Source: Leptospiraceae bacterium (GTDB lineage Bacteria > Spirochaetota > Leptospiria > Leptospirales > Leptonemataceae). Taken from it: DNA of 64,000 nt. Below, in pieces: positions 30,694 through 39,414 of the stretch (position 1 is its first letter; each line of letters opens with the position of its first letter). The DNA lies in NCBI GenBank assembly GCA_040217195.1, contig JAVJNR010000005.1, positions 192,001 to 256,000 on the forward strand. The letters are read 5' to 3'. The translations under genes and the position numbers were made by a program. The notes under the pieces are model-generated. The model saw only the letters and a program-made list of their open reading frames with translations. It had not been told where the DNA came from and did not search any database.

Positions 30694-31324
30694 GCTGGCC
30701 ATAGATATTCGGGACCGTATAGCCGCCCGGACAGGTAACTGGACTCTAAAAGAGTGGCTCGGTGCCGGCTTTGCAGTACAGGTGCTGGGACTGGTATTCT
30801 ATCAGTTAATGCTCTGGGTTATTCCGGAACCGGAAAAGGAAATCGCAGAATTTACCATGGATCCCGGTATGAGTTTTGTGGAATATCAGGAGCCTACCCA
30901 GGCCGATCTTTCCAGTACCAAAGAGCTCTCCGAAGAGATCATAGAATCCAAAAAGGAACAGGATGAACAGATTAACTGGACCAACGCCGCCAATCCAGGA
31001 GCTGATTTCTCAAACAGGTATTCAGCCCAGTTCGCAGTAACCGTATCTGCCAGTGATTATCCAGCTTCCGCAGCCCGGGCCGGCGCTGGAACGGTAACCG
31101 TGCGTGCTCAGTTGCTGGTTTTGCCCAATGGCCGGATTGGAGATGTTCGCATACAGAATGTGCGCTTCAGCAACCCGGTGGGCGAGGATTACAGAAACGA
31201 ATTTATTGCCAAGGCCCGACAGATCTTGCTCACCAGGGCCCGGCTGGTATCGCCTCCCTACACGGAAAATGGTAAACCTGCCAAGTTCATCTGGACAAAA
31301 GTGATTCAGTTCACCCTTCCCTGA
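30686..31324 (+). CDS. tonB: Energy transducer TonB-like protein (probable CTG start)
   Basis: Last gene of exbB-exbD-exbD; TM anchor; C-terminal YPASAARAG...GTV...NGRI...IQFTLP. The frame is open from CTG 30686, which follows AAGGAGG. Confidence 0.75.
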   Translation: MTELAIDIRDRIAARTGNWTLKEWLGAGFAVQVLGLVFYQLMLWVIPEPEKEIAEFTMDPGMSFVEYQEPTQADLSSTKELSEEIIESKKEQDEQINWTNAANPGADFSNRYSAQFAVTVSASDYPASAARAGAGTVTVRAQLLVLPNGRIGDVRIQNVRFSNPVGEDYRNEFIAKARQILLTRARLVSPPYTENGKPAKFIWTKVIQFTLP

Positions 31325-31326
31325 GA

Positions 31327-32892
31327 ATGAATTTCTACTTTCTAGTTACCGGCCTGTCTGTTGTACTGATCCCGCTTTCCGTTACCGGTAGCCAGAGTCT
31401 GATGGCACTGTCTCTCATAATCGGAGTGTTTCTCTATTTTCGAACATTGGCTTCGCGTAGCCCGCAAATCCTGGACCCAACCAGTTCAGACCCGATTGAT
31501 CACAGGAATATTTCCTGGATCCAGAGTTTAGTTCGCAAATGGGTTTTTGAAAAGACCGGCCCTGGTGCTGGATTCGCTTCAACACTGGGCTGGCTGCTTT
31601 TTATCTGGCTTCTGCTGGTCTATTTGATTCGAAGTGCTCAATTCTTTGCGAGCGAAGCCTCACTATTCGATCCCAGACCCTATCACAATGAATTAACAGA
31701 TTTTTTCCTCTTTTTATTCGCTGCCCTGGCATTCTATCAGTTCCAGAGAATCTATCCAGGCGCCCGGAAAGACCGACAATTCGAATCCCGCAGCCCGGCC
31801 AATGCTATATACCTGGTAGTTACCGCATTTTCTATTATCGTAGTGCTTTCAGGTATTGGTGCTGTATTTTCAGAGATACGGCTATCCAAGCTTTTTACGG
31901 GTTACGGCGCCGATTTCCATGCAGGCAATCGACCGCAGTTTCTGTTTCGCACAGTAGGAGACCTGCAGCTTTATCGCCCCATCGGATTCATGAATACTAG
32001 ACTGAGCTACGCAGGCATATTGCTCTTCGCCCAGGCAGTATTGTTGCATCGGTTCTGGAGATCTCTGAAAATTCATTGGCCCGGCAGGCAGCCGGCCGGA
32101 GACTCCGGGGAAAATCAAAACATTCACCGGGCCAGACAGACTGTAAAACGAGTAGGGTTTACATCAATCTGGGCATTCCTCTGGCTTTCTGGCTTGATTT
32201 TACTACTCATGAATGGCTCTCGATCCGGTCAGATCGGTACATTGATCTCTCAGTTAATCATTGTTTTCTATATCTTCCGAGAAAAGTTCTCACTTATCAG
32301 GCAAAGAATGACCGGTCCGGGGACTTCGCTGGCAATCATCTCGGGAATCCTAATTCTGGGCGGTGCGTACATCTATTTCCTGGATTTCGGTACGCACCGG
32401 CATACGGATTATATGCGACCTTTGATCTGGAAAGGCTCCCTGTCCATTTTCCTGGAGCATCCATTGCTGGGCGTGGGCCCCGGAAACTTCACGGACTGGT
32501 TCCATGAATGGATCCAGGCATTTTATCTAGAGCATCCACGGACCATGTACTTTCTGGAAATCACTCCGGATAGTCATGCCCATAATGATCTTCTTCATCT
32601 TCTGGTGCTGGGCGGTATTCCGGCAGGTTTACTCTTTCTTACGTTGATCTATCATAGCACAAAATCACTGATAGCTGCCATGAATTTCAGCGAGAATCCA
32701 GAATCCAGGAATCTGGTGGATCTGGAAGTGGCCATGCGAAGCACAGCGCCTGCATTCTTTGTGGCAGGTCTCTCCCAGTGCTACTTCCAGGACGATGAGG
32801 TAGTCGTAGTTTTCTGGTTCTTCTTGATGGCAGCAGAGGCCCTGCGATTCGTTCGCAGGACACAAAGAGCCAGAGAAACAGCCAGTATCTAG
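31327..32892 (+). CDS. O-antigen ligase (Wzy_C/WaaL) family membrane protein
   Basis: SRSGQIG, R..IW......F.EHPLLGVGPGNF, HAHNDLL....GIP. Confidence 0.85.
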   Translation: MNFYFLVTGLSVVLIPLSVTGSQSLMALSLIIGVFLYFRTLASRSPQILDPTSSDPIDHRNISWIQSLVRKWVFEKTGPGAGFASTLGWLLFIWLLLVYLIRSAQFFASEASLFDPRPYHNELTDFFLFLFAALAFYQFQRIYPGARKDRQFESRSPANAIYLVVTAFSIIVVLSGIGAVFSEIRLSKLFTGYGADFHAGNRPQFLFRTVGDLQLYRPIGFMNTRLSYAGILLFAQAVLLHRFWRSLKIHWPGRQPAGDSGENQNIHRARQTVKRVGFTSIWAFLWLSGLILLLMNGSRSGQIGTLISQLIIVFYIFREKFSLIRQRMTGPGTSLAIISGILILGGAYIYFLDFGTHRHTDYMRPLIWKGSLSIFLEHPLLGVGPGNFTDWFHEWIQAFYLEHPRTMYFLEITPDSHAHNDLLHLLVLGGIPAGLLFLTLIYHSTKSLIAAMNFSENPESRNLVDLEVAMRSTAPAFFVAGLSQCYFQDDEVVVVFWFFLMAAEALRFVRRTQRARETASI

Positions 32893-32910
32893 ATCCAGGA
32901 GTTTTCTAGA

Positions 32911-33699
32911 TTAGAACCTGGTTGGAAATCGATTCAGGCCACAATCCGCCGAGGGATTCACGCTTCCAAAATCAATAATCATCGCTTCCGGCGCTGAACC
33001 AGCTTTTTTTGCATTGATTACCAGCCGACCCGGTATTGCAGGTTCTCTGGAACGCAGTCCCTGAAGATCCACTCGAATATTCTCCGCAGATTGCTCGTTC
33101 TCATAGAGTATTTGCTCCAGAAAACCAGAGGTGAACTTATATTCTATTTTTTGTCCTGGATTGTTTACCAGTACGGATACGCTACCGTCTGGATTTTCGC
33201 TCCATTTACCACTGGCTACTACGTTCTCTGGAAGGCCGGCAAAGAGCAATTCTTGAAAGAATACGAATGGAAGTTGAATGGAATTCTGACCCATTCCCTG
33301 CACCATCAAATTCTCCACAGGAATCGTCTCCATACGTTCCATCTTGACATTCTTTACATAAGCCTTCTCGTCCAGAACACTGAGTTGACTTAGTGTAATA
33401 CCAATGTACGGAATTCTAAACTCAAGATGCAGTCTTCGATTCTGAGGATCGCTGCGAACTTCGCCCACCGCAGACTGGGAACCTTCAGCATTGCGGATGC
33501 TAATATTGAATCCTGCAAGAAAGCAACCCCCCGGCTGGTAATTGGCCACAATCCTTTCTTTTTTGGCTTTTAAACCTGGCGGTAATTCAGGCTCAGGCTT
33601 TACATCCGTGGTCTGGCAGAAGCTAATGCGACTGGTGGTGGCCAGTAAAAAAGCCAGCATTATCGCCGAACCAGGTCTCATATTCTTCTTTATATTCAT
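32911..33699 (-). CDS. LolB-like / DUF4292-type lipoprotein
   Basis: ISFC lipobox-like site; LEFRIPYIGITLSQL and IQLPFVFFQELLFAGLP resemble LolB/DUF4292 segments. Confidence 0.5.
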   Translation of the reverse strand: MNIKKNMRPGSAIMLAFLLATTSRISFCQTTDVKPEPELPPGLKAKKERIVANYQPGGCFLAGFNISIRNAEGSQSAVGEVRSDPQNRRLHLEFRIPYIGITLSQLSVLDEKAYVKNVKMERMETIPVENLMVQGMGQNSIQLPFVFFQELLFAGLPENVVASGKWSENPDGSVSVLVNNPGQKIEYKFTSGFLEQILYENEQSAENIRVDLQGLRSREPAIPGRLVINAKKAGSAPEAMIIDFGSVNPSADCGLNRFPTRF

Positions 33700-33883
33700 A
33701 ATCTTCCTTTATCTAAGTTTGTCTTTCTATCTAGAGATAATTACAGGGATTCACGAACTCTCTGGCCGATGACCCGCTCCATATCAGGCAAATTGCAGGT
33801 GCAGTCAAATAAGGATCCTGAGAAATCTGGCACATCCTCGGCGCTCTTCAGTGGATTCAAGAAACTGTTTTAGCATAGCAGCC

Positions 33884-35914
33884 TTATCTTCCTTTTAACT
33901 GGCTCATTTTTTGTCGAATGGTCTTTTCCCAGCTATCCGGCCGGCGGGCCGGCCCTTTATTCATTCGAAGAGCTTCCTTGTAAGATTCCAGAGCGCGCAA
34001 TGGCATCTCTAATTTGTGGTAAACATCGCCCAGATGTTCGTAGATTTCTGGACTGGGGCTACTATCATTCTTCATCAGTGTGGCTGCCATTTCAAGATGA
34101 AAGCGTGCCAGATTATATTGACCTGTGCGAAAATAGACCCAGCCCAGACTGTCCCTGTAGGAGGCATTGGATGGCTCCTGCTGCACCGCTTTCTCTACCA
34201 GATCACGAGCCTTATCCAGATTTTTTCCTTGATTCGCATACAGATAGCCCAGGGAGTTCTGAGCCGGTGCAAATTCTGAATTGGCAGAAAGCACTTCCAG
34301 ATATCCCTTCTCGGCCTGGTCCCATTTTCCATCCTCCGAAAGAAGTACAGATTCCAGAAAGAGATAATCCAGGCGATTGGGAGCTAATTCGCGGGCCCGA
34401 TTCATATGCTTCAGTGCACTGTCCCAGTTATGCTCTCTCCATTCTACAAGTCCCAGAACCATATGAGTTTCATGTCGATCCGGCGATTGTTCAATCTGTT
34501 TATTCAGAATGGTCCTTGCATCGGAAAATCGGCGAATCTCTTCATGGGAATACAGCCTGGCAAGATTCTCCACAGCCACAGCACGATTCAATCCTTCGCC
34601 CCACTCATTATCCCGATCTCCCACAGAAATGGTGCGCTCGGCCTCGATCAAGGCCCGATGAGGCTGACCGGAATCCTGTAGATGGACCCAGCTAAGTCGA
34701 TGAATTTGAAACTCGGAAATGTTAAGATCCGGTCTTTCCTGTTTAAACTTACGTGCAATCTGGATGACCTTCCAGCCAGTATCTGGCTCACCCAGTCGAG
34801 CTGCCAGTTCGCTTACAGCAATCAATTCAGACGCATAGGCATCAAAGGCCTCCTGTTGCTTTAAAGCATAAAGCAATGCAACCCGGGCCGGCAAATGATC
34901 CGGATGCTTCTTTACGAATTGCAGAAGCGGCCTGTAGGTGGCAGGAGACTGATTTGTGAGCAAGAACCAGTATTGCTGCGCAAGCGGATTGGAGTCTTTA
35001 CATCGAGAGAAATAAACAATGGCCCGCGGATCAAATCGCATCATGAAGATCTGGCCAAGAATAAAATCCAACCGCCCGGTATCAATGCCTGCCTCTTTGA
35101 GCTGATCTATTGGCATTCGATCCAGCTTCAGTAAATGAGGCAATGAGCGATTGTACTTGCCGTTTTCGAAATAGACTCCAGCACCCAGCAGATAGCGCCC
35201 CCCGACGCTTTCTGGATGATATTCAAGAAAGCGAAGAGCATACAGCGATGCTGTTTCCGTGTCCTGTTTGCCAACATAGAATACAGCCAATTTCCATAGA
35301 GAGTTAGATCTGTAATATCCGCTGCGAAAATCCCCTGGCGGAGAAACATGAAGTACTCTTGTATAGTAGTTCATGCTCTTTTCTTCTGCTCCGGCCACTC
35401 TAAAGAGCTCAGCCGCATGGTAGTTCAGCTCTACATTGGATGGAAATCGGTTAAGAGCCTCCAGAGTTAATTCCAGAGATCTTTCTTCGCTACCCAGGTC
35501 TGCCATTAGCAAAAGACCGTCCATCAGATCCCCTTCGGTGGTTGGATCTTTCAGTGCCGCTTCTACCTGGGCCAGGGCTTGCTCATTTCGTTTTAGCTGC
35601 AATAGTACCTGAGCATATTGTAGCCTTACAAAGTCCAGCCCGGATGAGACGCTTTCGGGCTGTTGTATTTCCTTTACGGTGTCCAGATACTTCTCAAATA
35701 ACAGGGCTGCCTCGGCATGATCTTTTCTGGACTGAGCTGCGAACGCTTTCTGCAATAGCAACCCTGCACCCGGCGTGGAGGGCTCCCTTTCTTCCAGGGG
35801 ATTCGGTTCGGCTTTTACGCTGGCAGGCGCGGAAAGAAGCAACCCGGCAAGAAGAATTAAGGAAAAAGTGGACCGGCGGTAAAAGCCGGAAGAATCAGTT
35901 GAGTCTGTCCGCAT
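33884..35914 (-). CDS. Exported tetratricopeptide-repeat protein (LbcA/PA4667-like C-terminus)
   Basis: Multiple TPRs; NSLGYLYA..G.NLDKA..LVEKAV..EP.NASYRDSLGWVYF...EIYEHLGDVY. Confidence 0.85.
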   Translation of the reverse strand: MRTDSTDSSGFYRRSTFSLILLAGLLLSAPASVKAEPNPLEEREPSTPGAGLLLQKAFAAQSRKDHAEAALLFEKYLDTVKEIQQPESVSSGLDFVRLQYAQVLLQLKRNEQALAQVEAALKDPTTEGDLMDGLLLMADLGSEERSLELTLEALNRFPSNVELNYHAAELFRVAGAEEKSMNYYTRVLHVSPPGDFRSGYYRSNSLWKLAVFYVGKQDTETASLYALRFLEYHPESVGGRYLLGAGVYFENGKYNRSLPHLLKLDRMPIDQLKEAGIDTGRLDFILGQIFMMRFDPRAIVYFSRCKDSNPLAQQYWFLLTNQSPATYRPLLQFVKKHPDHLPARVALLYALKQQEAFDAYASELIAVSELAARLGEPDTGWKVIQIARKFKQERPDLNISEFQIHRLSWVHLQDSGQPHRALIEAERTISVGDRDNEWGEGLNRAVAVENLARLYSHEEIRRFSDARTILNKQIEQSPDRHETHMVLGLVEWREHNWDSALKHMNRARELAPNRLDYLFLESVLLSEDGKWDQAEKGYLEVLSANSEFAPAQNSLGYLYANQGKNLDKARDLVEKAVQQEPSNASYRDSLGWVYFRTGQYNLARFHLEMAATLMKNDSSPSPEIYEHLGDVYHKLEMPLRALESYKEALRMNKGPARRPDSWEKTIRQKMSQLKGR

Positions 35915-36023
35915 GGATGCGTTAACTTTTAGATGAGGAAACCTCAGTTCCAGATTTTTTTTGGCTGGCCGGGAGGCTTTTTTCCTGTGATCTGGGGTGA
36001 TGATTCGGCTGATCCTGCGACAG

Positions 36024-37220
36024 ATGAGCAAGTACCGCTGGCCTATTCTCGGGCTGGTTCTGGTCTGGGCCCTGGCAGGCTACTGGTTAAGCAAGAACCG
36101 ATACCGTATCGTATCCTTCCTGTCTTCCATCAGCACAAATTATCCGGACCCAGGCAAGCAGGATGCATCCCATGCCTATTTTCAATTTGTAAAACCGGCC
36201 CTGGATTCCATAAGCGAAGATGGAATCCGGCTGGATCTTATGAAACGGGCCTGTCCGGATCGAAGCGAAACGCCATTCTTTGAGGTCGAGTTGGCCCGTA
36301 ACCACTGGCTTGAAAAGATTCGTAGCTGGAATGTTGCCGAGCCAGGAGAAAGCCCGAGGGTGGTGGAGCCCACCGGCTACTGGAAAAATAACAAGGATCA
36401 GGTACTGGATGCCCTTCAAGAAATCATCCATGCCACTTATTATGCTTATGAAATTACCGGTGAAGATCGGGGACTTCCGGGCCAGGAAACCATTCTAATT
36501 CCGGCTCTGGTCAGTGAATATGCAGAAGCACTTTGCATGCCTCTTATCGGTCGATTGTCCTGGGGTGATTACGTGGAGTTTCAGGAGCAAAGAGCCTTTC
36601 TGGAACTGGAGAAAGATGAGCCAGAGTATTTCAAGTATAGATTACCTGCAGAGCGGGATTTACTGGCAATGGGCAGTCTGCGAAACTCTAGAAATTACCA
36701 GGAAGCTCTGTTGCAGTATCTGGGTGGTGGTGCACCTTCTCCTTTCGCGCCCGAAGGTTGCATAACTCGATCTCTGGTCTGTATGGCCCCCCGGGAAGCG
36801 TTTCAAGTTTACAACAAGTTAATCTTCGCCGCTCCCGAGGAAAGGTTGCCATATCTGTATCTGGAACAGGGGCAGGTACTGGGCTGGCTGGGCCGAAAAG
36901 GTGACGATACCATGGAGGATCCCTATTCTCTGGCACTGGATACGATCTATGGAGCCACACAGCATCGTTCCCTGGAGAAAGCCGCCCGGCTGGAGATGGT
37001 CCGAATCTATGTAAATACGGACAAATATGAAGAAGCTCGTGCCGAACTCCGACAGTTGTCTTTGATTACAAATATTGATGCGCCGGCTGCATCCGAAATT
37101 CGAGAGCTGGTGCGCAAGACTCTAAGCGCTCAGGGATTACACAGAGAGGCGGACTGTTTTTCTGAAAATCGGGGAAGCATTCGGCCACATTGCAGTAATC
37201 GCCTGGAATATCTTCGTTAA
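36024..37220 (+). CDS. Hypothetical membrane-anchored protein (C-terminal TPR-like helices)
   Basis: Long ORF with an N-terminal TM helix, 2 bp upstream of the next gene. Confidence 0.7.
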   Translation: MSKYRWPILGLVLVWALAGYWLSKNRYRIVSFLSSISTNYPDPGKQDASHAYFQFVKPALDSISEDGIRLDLMKRACPDRSETPFFEVELARNHWLEKIRSWNVAEPGESPRVVEPTGYWKNNKDQVLDALQEIIHATYYAYEITGEDRGLPGQETILIPALVSEYAEALCMPLIGRLSWGDYVEFQEQRAFLELEKDEPEYFKYRLPAERDLLAMGSLRNSRNYQEALLQYLGGGAPSPFAPEGCITRSLVCMAPREAFQVYNKLIFAAPEERLPYLYLEQGQVLGWLGRKGDDTMEDPYSLALDTIYGATQHRSLEKAARLEMVRIYVNTDKYEEARAELRQLSLITNIDAPAASEIRELVRKTLSAQGLHREADCFSENRGSIRPHCSNRLEYLR

Positions 37221-37222
37221 AA

Positions 37223-38380
37223 ATGATCTATTTCGATTACAACGCCACTCATCCGCCGCTCCAATCCATCTTTGAAAATAACTGGAAACGGTATCAGGAT
37301 AATCCAGCCAATCCAAGTGGTATATCCTTCGCCTCCCAGAAGAATCAGGCATTCATTGATCGCAAAAGAAAAGAGCTGGCCGGTGCCATAGAATTACCTG
37401 CAGAATCCGTGCGATTCGCAAGTACTGGAACGGAGGCTACATACTGGCTCATCCGTAGTTTTGCATCCCGAAAGGCTTTCAAGCGATGTATACTTTCTGC
37501 CTGCGAGCATGATGCAATGATAGCAGCCTGTCAGGATGCAGGATTGAGAATCGACTATTTGCCTCTGGGAAAAGACGGTGTGGTGAACCCTTCCGATCTG
37601 CAGGATTTATTATCCAGCTACGCCTCGGAGCTGGAGGATTTCGCATTTGTGAGCGTCATACATGCATCCAATGAAACTGGAATAATTCAGCCCGTAGAGG
37701 AACTTTCTCGGATTGCAAGGAGTTATAACCTTCCTTTTCTATCAGATACAATTCAAAGTGCAGGCAAGATTCCTCTGCCCACCCGGGCGCTGGACGGTTT
37801 CTTACTTAATGGGCATAAGCTGGGGGCTGGAGCTGGATGCGCCGCAGCTGTGTTTTCTCCTGATTTTATAGAAAGTATCGTCCCTCTATACCGGGGCGGT
37901 CTACAGGAAGATGAAAGCCGGGCCGGTACCGAGAATCTATTTTCCATTGGCTGCACGGTGGACGCCTTTCTACTGCAGTTGGAGGAAATGGATAAAAAAT
38001 CCAGTAAGCTGAACCCCTGGCATCAGGCACTTGAGCAGTTCTTAAACTCCATGGGCGTGGAAATCGCAGGAGCAAAAAACCATCGAATCTCAAACACCAC
38101 TTATGCAGTTTTTTCTGGAATAGACCATATGGACTTTTTGTTGATGGGGCTCGATCAGGCCGGCATTGTATGCTCCACCGGAAGCTCCTGTAAATCCAGA
38201 ACCAGACAGCCTTCTAGAGTTCTACGAAACATGGGCTATACAGAAAAGCAAAGCATGCAGGCATTGAGGTTCTCCAGCGGCTTAAATAGCACAGAGTCGG
38301 ATTTTCAAACCCTGCAGGATACCTTGAAGCCATTACTTCAGCGTTTGATGCAGAATCCTTCCTCTGTGGGATCTGTATGA
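37223..38380 (+). CDS. Cysteine desulfurase family (class V PLP aminotransferase, IscS/NifS-like)
   Basis: IYFDYNAT, NETG.IQP, GHK (PLP Lys), RAGTEN, STGSSC (catalytic Cys). Confidence 0.92.
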   Translation: MIYFDYNATHPPLQSIFENNWKRYQDNPANPSGISFASQKNQAFIDRKRKELAGAIELPAESVRFASTGTEATYWLIRSFASRKAFKRCILSACEHDAMIAACQDAGLRIDYLPLGKDGVVNPSDLQDLLSSYASELEDFAFVSVIHASNETGIIQPVEELSRIARSYNLPFLSDTIQSAGKIPLPTRALDGFLLNGHKLGAGAGCAAAVFSPDFIESIVPLYRGGLQEDESRAGTENLFSIGCTVDAFLLQLEEMDKKSSKLNPWHQALEQFLNSMGVEIAGAKNHRISNTTYAVFSGIDHMDFLLMGLDQAGIVCSTGSSCKSRTRQPSRVLRNMGYTEKQSMQALRFSSGLNSTESDFQTLQDTLKPLLQRLMQNPSSVGSV

Positions 38381-38436
38381 ATTCCATTTCCAGGACCATA
38401 GAAACCTGATTCGCTTTGGCCCAGAGCCAGGCGCAT

Positions 38437-38464
38437 AAAAAAGGCCCGGATAACCGAGCCTTCT
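38437..38464 (-). terminator. Intrinsic terminator after lipL31
   Basis: Minus strand GGCTCGG-TTAT-CCGGGCC followed by T6. Confidence 0.7.
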
Positions 38465-38566
38465 AACTAGCTTTCTAAATAGCTTTCTAAATTTTTGAAT
38501 TGTCAGTCCGGATTCAAGTTACCAAATCCGAACGGACCATGTATGATTTAAGTTCTGGACTTGCTA

Positions 38567-39304
38567 TTACTGGTCTGACTCTTCATCAGTAGCGGGAGCC
38601 GCAGCTTCTTCATAGCAGTTACCTGCTTTTCGCATTTCATTGTAAGCGGGAATTCCGGATTTCAGAAATGCATCCTTGTCAAATGTCTCGTTCGCATCCA
38701 CAGTAATTCGTTCTCGCATCTCTTCACGAATGGCTTCTGATTCCTGTTCCATGATTTCTTGTTTAAGGGTTGCTTCTGCATAAGCCAGACAATCATCAAT
38801 GGTCATGGAGGCGGCCTGAGCACCGTATTGAGTTCGAATTTGCTGGCATCGCTCTTCTTTCTGGGCTTCAGTAATTTTGATTTGAGCCTCAATCTTGTCC
38901 ATCATGTAGAGCCGGCTGAGGGTCTCCAGGCGAACCTGTTCCAGGATTTCTTTTACCATGGGTCGGTCGGTGAACCCTTCTTCCATGGCTCGTTGTTCGA
39001 TGATTCGCATTTCCCGGTATTGCTTGTAGTTAAATTCAGGATTCAGTAGAAGAAGAGCCTGTCGAAATTCCGGTCTGGTTTTCTGGATATCGTCTGGATT
39101 ACAGATAAATTTGATTAATGTCTTCTTTTCCGCGTTAGCCATGCGGGCTGTTTTTTCCACATAGCCTTCATAGTGACGCTCGAATTCTTTTGTTGTAATG
39201 GTATGATTTCCGATGGTTTCGATTTTCTCACCATCTTTGCAGGCGCTGATCGAAACTAGGATCGCCGCTGTAATGGAAATTAATTGAAATTGCCTTTTCA
39301 TCAA
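38567..39304 (-). CDS. lipL31: Lipoprotein LipL31-like
   Basis: SAC lipobox; IETIGNHTITTKEFE, ANAEKKTL, YKQYREM, GFTDRP, TIDDCLAYA, FDKDAFLK resemble leptospiral LipL31; adjacent to mfd. Confidence 0.8.
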   Translation of the reverse strand: MMKRQFQLISITAAILVSISACKDGEKIETIGNHTITTKEFERHYEGYVEKTARMANAEKKTLIKFICNPDDIQKTRPEFRQALLLLNPEFNYKQYREMRIIEQRAMEEGFTDRPMVKEILEQVRLETLSRLYMMDKIEAQIKITEAQKEERCQQIRTQYGAQAASMTIDDCLAYAEATLKQEIMEQESEAIREEMRERITVDANETFDKDAFLKSGIPAYNEMRKAGNCYEEAAAPATDEESDQ

Positions 39305-39414
39305 GATTTCTCCTGCTAATGCAAATGAAAGATTGCCTGGATTTTACGCACCGATGCCTGTCTGGCCCGGTCCTCAGTCATGCCATGACATGCCACTCAG
39401 GACGGCAAGCGAAA

